Shown: positions 14,707 through 20,258 of the stretch, piece after piece
Numbering within the stretch: position 1 is the stretch's first letter
Layout: every line of letters begins with the position of its first letter
From: Patescibacteria group bacterium UBA6805
Lineage (GTDB): Bacteria; Patescibacteriota; Minisyncoccia; Minisyncoccales; Minisyncoccaceae
Direction: 5' to 3'
Assembly: GCA_002452735.1 (NCBI GenBank)
Contig: DKFD01000006.1
Location: forward strand, 39,621-63,620
Length of the DNA: 24,000 nucleotides
Position numbers and translations under genes: made by a program
Notes under the pieces: model-generated
What the model saw: the letters and a program-made list of their open reading frames with translations, nothing else
Database searches by the model: none
Told to the model about the DNA's origin: nothing

Positions 14707-16386
14707 ATGAAAGAGAAAGAAAAGATAACATTTTTTGGCAAGACCACTTTTCGGGGAGAGAAAAAGAGGTTTGGCATAAAAGACGACGACAAGAGGCGTC
14801 ACGTTTATATCATCGGTAAAACCGGCATGGGAAAAACCGAACTCTTGAAAAACATGGTGGTGCAGGATATCCGCAATGGCCACGGCGTCGGTTTTGTCGA
14901 CCCTCACGGGGAAGCGGCCGAAGAAATTCTCGGCTTTATTCCCAAGGAAAGAATCAAAGATGTCGTCTATTTCAATCCGGCTGATATCGAGAGCCCTATT
15001 GCCTTTAATATAATGGAAGATGTCAGCGCCGATTACCGCCACTTGATTGCCGGCGGATTGATGGGAGTTTTCAAGAAAATATGGCCCGATGTCTGGTCCT
15101 CCAGAATGGAATATATTCTTAATAATTCCATTTTGGCTCTTTTAGAAATTCCCGGTTCGACTCTTTTGGGAATCAACCGCCTTTTGTCCGATGCGGAATG
15201 GAGAGAGGAAATAGTAGTTCGGCTGAAAGACCCGATAGTCAAGGCGTTTTGGCTGAAGGAATTCGCCAGATACACCCAGAGGTATGAGGTGGAAGCAACA
15301 GCCGCCATTCAAAACAAAATCGGCCAGTTTATTTCCGCGCCCTTGATTAGAAACATTATCGGCCAGGAAAAATCAAGCATTGACATGAGGAAGATAATGG
15401 ACGAGGGCAAGATTCTGATAATGAACCTGTCAAAGGGGAAAATCGGAGAAGATAATTCCCGGCTCTTGGGAGCTCTTTTGATTACCAAGCTTCAATTGGC
15501 CGCCATGTCCCGGGTTGATATTCCGGAAAAAGAAAGAAAGGATTTTGTTCTTTACATTGATGAATTCCAGAATTTTTCCACCGATTCTTTCGCCAATATT
15601 TTATCCGAAGCGAGAAAGTACCGCTTGTCTTTGGTTTTGGCCCATCAATACATCGCCCAGATGGAAGAAAAAGTCAGGGATGCTGTTTTCGGCAACATCG
15701 GAACAATGATGCTTTTCAGGGTGGGAGCCGACGACGCGGAATTCATAGAGAGAGAATTTTCTCCCGAATTTTTTGTTGAAGACATGGTCAATCTTCCCAA
15801 GCAGAATATTTATGTCAAGCTGATGATTAGCGGATTGACTTCCCGGCCTTTTTCAGCCGAGACCCTTCCTCCGATAGAAATACCCGAAGAAACCCACGAA
15901 AAAGAAATAACGGAATTTTCCAGAAAAACTTACGGCACGTCCAAAACTGGCGTTGAGAAAAAAATAGCCGCGGAGTCGGGAGTGGATTCGATAATTCCTT
16001 TCAAAAAGAGTAATAGCGCGGAGCTTTATGACGCTGTTTGCCAAAAATGCGGCAAAAGCTTTAAAGCGCCTTTTAAGCCGGACGGCAAGAGGCCGGTCTA
16101 TTGCAAAACCTGCCTTAAGAAAAACGAAGAAGGGCCGAATAATGCTTTCAATTCGTTGCCCTCGATTTCCCTTAAAGAATCGGCCAGGGAATTCACTCCG
16201 CTGGCCAAAAAGAGCCGGCTAAAAGAAGAGGTGGTTATAAGGGGCGAGAACGTCAGAGACGTCAACAAATCGTCCAAAAAAGAAATAGACCTGGAGGGAC
16301 TGAAAGAAATAATCAAGAAAGCCAAGAAAGAAAAAAAGGAGGAGAGGGGGTTGATTAATCCAGGAGAGAAAATAAAATTCGAGTAG
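14707..16386 (+). CDS. Soluble P-loop ATPase of the TraD/TraG/VirD4 coupling-protein / HerA-FtsK type, with C-terminal CxxC-x17-CxxC zinc ribbon and Lys/Glu-rich tail
   Basis: Walker A GKTGMGKT (14815-14838). Walker B VLYIDE (15547-15564). The ARKYRLSLVLAHQYIAQM and GNIGTMMLFRVG blocks are typical of T4SS coupling and DUF87-type ATPases. No TM helix is present. The zinc ribbon CQKCGKSFKAPFKPDGKRPVYCKTC is at 16039-16113. Confidence 0.8.
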   Translation: MKEKEKITFFGKTTFRGEKKRFGIKDDDKRRHVYIIGKTGMGKTELLKNMVVQDIRNGHGVGFVDPHGEAAEEILGFIPKERIKDVVYFNPADIESPIAFNIMEDVSADYRHLIAGGLMGVFKKIWPDVWSSRMEYILNNSILALLEIPGSTLLGINRLLSDAEWREEIVVRLKDPIVKAFWLKEFARYTQRYEVEATAAIQNKIGQFISAPLIRNIIGQEKSSIDMRKIMDEGKILIMNLSKGKIGEDNSRLLGALLITKLQLAAMSRVDIPEKERKDFVLYIDEFQNFSTDSFANILSEARKYRLSLVLAHQYIAQMEEKVRDAVFGNIGTMMLFRVGADDAEFIEREFSPEFFVEDMVNLPKQNIYVKLMISGLTSRPFSAETLPPIEIPEETHEKEITEFSRKTYGTSKTGVEKKIAAESGVDSIIPFKKSNSAELYDAVCQKCGKSFKAPFKPDGKRPVYCKTCLKKNEEGPNNAFNSLPSISLKESAREFTPLAKKSRLKEEVVIRGENVRDVNKSSKKEIDLEGLKEIIKKAKKEKKEERGLINPGEKIKFE

Positions 16387-16416
16387 GCAGGAAGAAATTC
16401 TTGCCTTTTTCTTTTT
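16386..16416 (+). terminator. Rho-independent terminator of the 3-gene operon
   Basis: GGCAGGAA-GAAA-TTCTTGCC hairpin (one G-U pair) followed by TTTTTCTTTTT, directly after the stop codon. Confidence 0.75.
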
Positions 16417-16429
16417 AATCCTGTATCAT
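16401..16429 (+). promoter_or_regulatory. pgk promoter (leaderless configuration)
   Basis: TTGCCT (16401-16406), 17-nt spacer, TATCAT (16424-16429). The ATG at 16437 lies only 7 nt after the -10. The -35 overlaps the terminator's 3' arm, which lowers confidence. Confidence 0.45.
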
Positions 16430-16436
16430 TAGACAT

Positions 16437-17597
16437 ATGAATAATCTCAGAGACGTCAACGTCAAGGGCAAGAGGGTCTTGGTAAGGTGCGATTTCAATG
16501 TTCCTTTAAACGAAGAGGGGAAAGTTTCTCAGGATTTTAGAATCGTCAAGACCATACCTTTGCTTGAATATCTGAGGGACAAGGGGGCAAAGATCATTTT
16601 AATCAGCCATTTGGGTCGCCCGGACGGTAAAAGAGACTTAAGGTACAGCTTAAAGCCCGTAGCAGACGTATTGTGGCAGCTGGTCGGGGGGGTCAAGTTT
16701 ATAACTGAAACAATCGGGAGTAGCGTGGAGGCGCAGACCAAAAAGTTGAAAGACGGAGAAATTCTTCTTTTGGAAAATTTGAGGTTTTTTAAAGAAGAGG
16801 AAATGAACGATTCCGGCTTTGCTCAAAAGCTCTCCAGGCTGGGAGATATTTTCGTCCAAGAGGGTTTCGGGGCATGCCACAGGAAGCACGCTTCGGTCGT
16901 GGGCGTTACCAAGTTTCTTCACAGCTTTCCGGGTTTTTTACTGGAAAAAGAGATAAGCGTTTTGTCCTGGGTTATGAAAAGTCCGGAAAGGCCTTTGGTC
17001 TCGATTGTGGGCGGAGTAAAAATTTCCGACAAAACCAAGTTGATAGAAAAATTGCTCAAAAATTCCGACTATGTCCTGGTCGGGGGGAAGATCGCCAATT
17101 CAATTTTAACCGTCAAAGGGGTTTGCATCAGGGACCATTGGACAGATGAAGAATTTAAGCTGAAAGAAGGCATCCATGGCCTGGATATTTCCAGCCCCAA
17201 GCTGCATTTGCCCGTTGACGGAATGATTTCTTTGTCCAATCTCGAGGAGAACTATTTGAGAATCGGCGCCGTAGGCACCCTAAGAAGAGAAGAAGACATT
17301 TTTGACATCGGTCCGGAGACAATAGAAGAATTCAAGTTGATAATTTCGGGAGCCAAAACCGTTATCTGGAACGGCCCTCTGGGATATTTTGAAAGGGAAT
17401 ATTTTAAGGAGGGAACTTTGGAGATATTGAACGCCGTCGCTTCCGTGGAAGCTTTTACGGTGGTGGGCGGAGGAGAAACGACGGAGATAATAATAAAAGA
17501 GGGGATGGAAGAAAAATTTGACCATGTGTCTTCCGGGGGCGGAGCCATGCTTGATTTTATTGCCGGGGAAACCCTGCCCGGTATCGAAGTTTTATGA
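16437..17597 (+). CDS. pgk: Phosphoglycerate kinase
   Basis: KRVLVRCDFNVPL and ILISHLGRP are PGK signature blocks. The length of 386 aa is typical for PGK. Confidence 0.92.
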   Translation: MNNLRDVNVKGKRVLVRCDFNVPLNEEGKVSQDFRIVKTIPLLEYLRDKGAKIILISHLGRPDGKRDLRYSLKPVADVLWQLVGGVKFITETIGSSVEAQTKKLKDGEILLLENLRFFKEEEMNDSGFAQKLSRLGDIFVQEGFGACHRKHASVVGVTKFLHSFPGFLLEKEISVLSWVMKSPERPLVSIVGGVKISDKTKLIEKLLKNSDYVLVGGKIANSILTVKGVCIRDHWTDEEFKLKEGIHGLDISSPKLHLPVDGMISLSNLEENYLRIGAVGTLRREEDIFDIGPETIEEFKLIISGAKTVIWNGPLGYFEREYFKEGTLEILNAVASVEAFTVVGGGETTEIIIKEGMEEKFDHVSSGGGAMLDFIAGETLPGIEVL

Positions 17598-18754
17598 AAA
17601 TCAAAAACATTGAGAAGGCAGCGGAAAGAATCAGGAAAGCGGCCAAGAACAAAGAGCAGATAATCATCTTCGCCGATTCTGATTTGGACGGAACCGCCTC
17701 GGCAACAATTTTAAAGGAGACTATAGACAATTTATTGGGCAGGAATCATTTGAAAACCGCGGTCTTTTTTCCTAAAAGAAAAGAGGAGGGCTACGGCCTG
17801 AATGACAAAGCCCTGGACGTGATTATTTCCCAATTCAAGAAAGGAGGGCTTCTTATAACCCTTGATTGCGGAATCACCAATTTTGAAGAAGTGAAAAAGG
17901 CCGGAAAAAACGGCTTTACAGTCATCATCGTTGACCATCACCAGCCCATCGGGGGATTGCCCGAAGCAGACATCATCGTTGACCCAAAACAACAGGAAGA
18001 AACCCGGGTTTTTAAGGAATACGCCAATGCAGGAATCACATTCAAATTGGCCGAAGAGATTTTGAAAGAAGAAATGCCGTCGCTGTTGAGAGAAAGCTTT
18101 TTGGAGCTGACAGCCCTGGCCACCATTTCCGACATGATGATTGAAACAGAAGAAAACAAGGAATTCATTATCCAAGGACTGGCCACTATTGAAAACAGCG
18201 AGAGGCCGGCCTTTAAAGCCCTGTTTTCTTTTTTAAGCCCGGATGATTTTAATTCAAAAAGAGATTGGATTTCGAAAGTGAACAGCGCTTTGAATTCTTC
18301 CAAGATGGATGGGCATATTATGGCCGTTTATTCTTTTTTGATTGAAAGCGACCTGGAAAAAGCCAAGGGTATGGCCAGGGAATTGCTGGAGGAAAGCGAC
18401 CAAAAACACAGGGAAATATCCGTTTTAGTCGACGAGATTACCAGAAAGTCTTTGAACGGCTCTTTGATTTTTGAGGGTTCGCCCGATTGGAACATTGAAT
18501 ATTTGGGAGCCGTGGCTTCAAGATTGTGCAATCGTTTCGAGAAGCCGGTTTTTTTGCATCAGAAATACGAGGAGTTCAGCCGGGGCACGGTCAGGGTGCC
18601 TAAGGGAAAAGACGCTGTTAAAGCAATGGAGAGCTGCAAGGAACTGCTCAGAACTTTCGGGGGGCATCCGCCGGCAGCCGGTTTTACGGTTGAGAACAAG
18701 AACATTGAAAAATTTAAGAAATGCTTGCTTGATTATTTCGACGGGGTGAAATAA
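17594..18754 (+). CDS. DHH/DHHA1 family phosphoesterase, short RecJ-like
   Basis: DHH motifs ADSDLDGTAS, LDCG and VIIVDHH, plus the DHHA1 motif GGHPPAAGF. At 386 aa it is shorter than canonical RecJ. It overlaps pgk by 4 bp (ATGA). Confidence 0.8.
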   Translation: MKIKNIEKAAERIRKAAKNKEQIIIFADSDLDGTASATILKETIDNLLGRNHLKTAVFFPKRKEEGYGLNDKALDVIISQFKKGGLLITLDCGITNFEEVKKAGKNGFTVIIVDHHQPIGGLPEADIIVDPKQQEETRVFKEYANAGITFKLAEEILKEEMPSLLRESFLELTALATISDMMIETEENKEFIIQGLATIENSERPAFKALFSFLSPDDFNSKRDWISKVNSALNSSKMDGHIMAVYSFLIESDLEKAKGMARELLEESDQKHREISVLVDEITRKSLNGSLIFEGSPDWNIEYLGAVASRLCNRFEKPVFLHQKYEEFSRGTVRVPKGKDAVKAMESCKELLRTFGGHPPAAGFTVENKNIEKFKKCLLDYFDGVK

Positions 18755-18758
18755 AAAG

Positions 18759-18801
18759 AGCCAATCATGAACCGATCATCATTGGCTTCGGGGGTTTTTT
18801 C
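18759..18801. terminator. Bidirectional hairpin terminator
   Basis: AGCCAATCATGA-ACCGA-TCATCATTGGCT forms a 12-bp stem with one mismatch. It is followed by TCGGGGGTTTTTTC on the + strand and by CTCTTTTTATTT on the - strand. Confidence 0.7.
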
Positions 18802-18911
18802 TTCAGCCCTTCAACAGCTTTCAGGATTGTTTTTTTCTGTGCTTCATCAGCATCAACCAATTCGTCGTTTTTGATGAAGCGGCCATCATACCCTCTGTGT
18901 TTTTCTGCCAT
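18765..18911 (-). CDS. Small hypothetical protein (48 aa), below the ORF-track cutoff
   Basis: MAEKHRGYDGRFIKNDELVDADEAQKKTILKAVEGLKKKPPKPMMIGS. A canonical SD GGAGG (18919-18923) lies 7 nt (TATCGCG) before the ATG (18909-18911). The gene has its own promoter and a terminator hairpin at its 3' end. Confidence 0.5.
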   Translation of the reverse strand: MAEKHRGYDGRFIKNDELVDADEAQKKTILKAVEGLKKKPPKPMMIGS

Positions 18912-18937
18912 CGCGATACCTCCAAATAACTGAACAT

Positions 18938-18965
18938 ATCATAACAAATAATAAATAATTGTCAA
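18938..18965 (-). promoter_or_regulatory. Promoter of the 48-codon gene
   Basis: On the minus strand: TTGACA (18965-18960), 16-nt spacer, TATGAT (18943-18938). The -35 overlaps the region just upstream of the rnhA start codon. Confidence 0.5.
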
Positions 18966-18967
18966 TT

Positions 18968-19405
18968 ATGAGAATAACAGTCAATACTGACGGCGCTTCC
19001 AGGGGCAATCCCGGCCCGGGAGCCATCGGCGTCGTCATTGCCAATGAAAAAGGCGAAGGCATTAAGAAATACGCCGAGCTTTTGGGCGACCGCGTAACCA
19101 ATAATGAGGCCGAATACGAAGCCGTAATCTTTTCTTTGAAAAAGCTGAAGCTTCTTTTGGGAAAGGACAAAATCAAGAAGATGGAAGTGGAATTCAGGTC
19201 TGATTCAGAGCTTTTGGTCAAGCAAATGAGTGGCAAATACAAGATTGTCGAAAAGACATTGCAGGAGCTGTTCATAAAAATCTGGAATTTGAAAACCGAG
19301 TTCGGCAGAATCGATTTCGTCCACGTCCCCAGGGAGCGGAACAAGGAAGCGGACAAGCTGGCCAATCAGGCCCTGGACGAGAATTCAAAAAGAAGCTTGT
19401 TTTAA
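18968..19405 (+). CDS. rnhA: Ribonuclease HI family protein
   Basis: RNase H DEDD blocks: VNTDGASRGNPGPGAIG, NNEAEYEA, SDSELLVKQM and ERNKEADKLAN. The ATG at 18968 is preferred over the TTG at 18959. Confidence 0.88.
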   Translation: MRITVNTDGASRGNPGPGAIGVVIANEKGEGIKKYAELLGDRVTNNEAEYEAVIFSLKKLKLLLGKDKIKKMEVEFRSDSELLVKQMSGKYKIVEKTLQELFIKIWNLKTEFGRIDFVHVPRERNKEADKLANQALDENSKRSLF

Positions 19406-19419
19406 TTCTTTTAAACAAA

Positions 19420-19443
19420 AACACCCTTGATTAAAAGGGTGTT
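19420..19443 (-). terminator. Terminator hairpin downstream of rnpB (may also serve rnhA)
   Basis: AACACCCTT-GATTAA-AAGGGTGTT forms a perfect 9-bp stem. The T-rich run (TTTTGTTTAAAAG) follows it on the minus strand. Confidence 0.65.
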
Positions 19444-19459
19444 CTTGATGATTGTTTTA

Positions 19460-19789
19460 CCTTAATAAACCCGTAAGCCGAATTCTGTTTTAGGCGACCA
19501 TCTGTCTAAGGCCAAGGATTTCTCTTTGGCTCAAGCGAACTACTTTGTCTCTTGTTAAAGAGTTTGTTCTTGCTGCCGGCAAGAATTTAGCCGTTTCACT
19601 CCCGGAATTGCTTCCGGAACTAATCCCGAAGGATTCTCCAATCATTTCTGATTGAAGCGTCTCTGTTCGCATCTCTATCAGGTTTTGGGCCTGACGGCGG
19701 GCGTTACCCGCTGCTTTTTAGACCTTTAATCAGGAATGGCAGTTCGGACTTTCCTCTCCGAATCGGAGCAGTCACCCGGTTTATTAAGG
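19460..19789 (-). ncRNA. rnpB: RNase P RNA (bacterial type A-like), ~330 nt
   Basis: The minus strand contains GAGAGGAAAGUCCGAAC (P4 5' strand), AGCGGGUAACGCCCGC, GUGAAACGG, UAGACAGAUG and ACAGAAUUCGGCUUAC (P4 3' strand). The terminal P1 helix pairs CCUUAAUAAACC (5' end, 19789-19778) with GGUUUAUUAAGG (3' end, 19471-19460). Confidence 0.92.
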
Positions 19790-19795
19790 CAATTA

Positions 19796-19824
19796 ATTTT
19801 AACCAATATTGCTATGGATGTCAA
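19796..19824 (-). promoter_or_regulatory. rnpB promoter
   Basis: On the minus strand: TTGACA (19824-19819), 17-nt spacer, TAAAAT (19801-19796). The seventh nucleotide after the -10 is the first base of helix P1 (19789). Confidence 0.7.
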
Positions 19825-19828
19825 GGTT

Positions 19829-19857
19829 TTGCAAAATGAAGATTATTGTGAGATAAT
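19829..19857 (+). promoter_or_regulatory. Divergent promoter for the 19867 ORF
   Basis: TTGCAA (19829-19834), 17-nt spacer, TGa-GATAAT (19849-19857). The ATG at 19867 lies 9 nt after the -10. It sits back-to-back with the rnpB -35. Confidence 0.5.
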
Positions 19858-19866
19858 GATATTGTT

Positions 19867-20199
19867 ATGGATACTCAAAATTTGAAATTAAAAGATTATA
19901 AGGAAATTTGGAGTAAATTTTGTTTTCTGGACGAAAGCGGCAACTTGGCCAACCCAAAAGAAAAGTTTTTTACCATCGGAGCGATAAATTATGATTTAAA
20001 AATATCTACGAAAACGACCGGTGGTTTTGATAAGAATAAAATCGAATTTATAAATTTCGTTAAAGAAAATATCGGGGCGAATAGTTTTATCGGTGGATTC
20101 AGAAATAGGATATTCAATATTTTTGTAGACAAAGACATCAAGCAGAGGTTGCCGTTAAAATTTAGCGCTTCTGATAAAGAAAAAGGGCCATCGTCCTAA
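19867..20199 (+). CDS. Hypothetical protein with DUF3800-like N-terminal motif (possibly a truncated remnant)
   Basis: CFLDESGNLANPKEKFFTIGAI resembles the N-terminal (Y/F)xDESG...hydrophobic-strand signature of DUF3800. The 110-aa ORF is about half the usual family length and the remainder is unrecognisable. Confidence 0.45.
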   Translation: MDTQNLKLKDYKEIWSKFCFLDESGNLANPKEKFFTIGAINYDLKISTKTTGGFDKNKIEFINFVKENIGANSFIGGFRNRIFNIFVDKDIKQRLPLKFSASDKEKGPSS

Positions 20200-20258
20200 C
20201 GGTCGACGCCCTTTCTCGATACTGTATTTTTAGTATATCAGAATAAATTTATTTATCA

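Noticed and set aside
14422-15042. 206-aa minus-strand ORF, the longest antisense ORF in the window
   Set aside because: It is antisense to the well-supported Walker A region of the ATPase gene and also spans the 13366 gene's 3' end. It has no start context or recognisable motifs and is a typical shadow ORF.
12295-16386. Calling the ATPase operon a type IV secretion system or integrative conjugative element
   Set aside because: Only a coupling-protein-like ATPase is present. VirB4, VirB6, VirB8-10, relaxase, oriT-like repeats and an integrase are all absent, and the flanks are core genes. It is reported as an uncharacterised module instead.
17732-18303. Two minus-strand ORFs (147 aa and 121 aa) inside the RecJ-like gene
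   Set aside because: Both are antisense shadows of a gene with clear DHH/DHHA1 motifs, and they overlap each other in different frames.
2775-18967. TTG start codons proposed by the ORF track (2775, 9895, 11334, 18959)
   Set aside because: Each has an in-frame ATG 9-21 nt downstream. The TTGs at 2775 and 9895 fall inside or upstream of the predicted -10 elements, and the TTG at 11334 lies inside secD. The ATG starts at 2790, 9916, 11346 and 18968 are preferred, although the longer forms cannot be excluded.
18886-19365. 159-aa minus-strand ORF
   Set aside because: It is antisense to rnhA, whose DEDD motifs are clear. The product is low-complexity and Ser/Leu-rich. The real minus-strand small gene nearby (18765-18911) is in a different frame.
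19490-19672. 60-aa minus-strand ORF from the ORF track
   Set aside because: It lies entirely inside the RNase P RNA gene. The region is explained by conserved rnpB sequence blocks and not by coding potential.
9315-20199. Similar C-terminal ends ...DDAPSS and ...EKGPSS on the two orphan accessory ORFs, each next to a GC-rich hairpin
   Set aside because: There is no nucleotide-level similarity between the two regions and only 3 residues are shared, so I treat it as coincidence.
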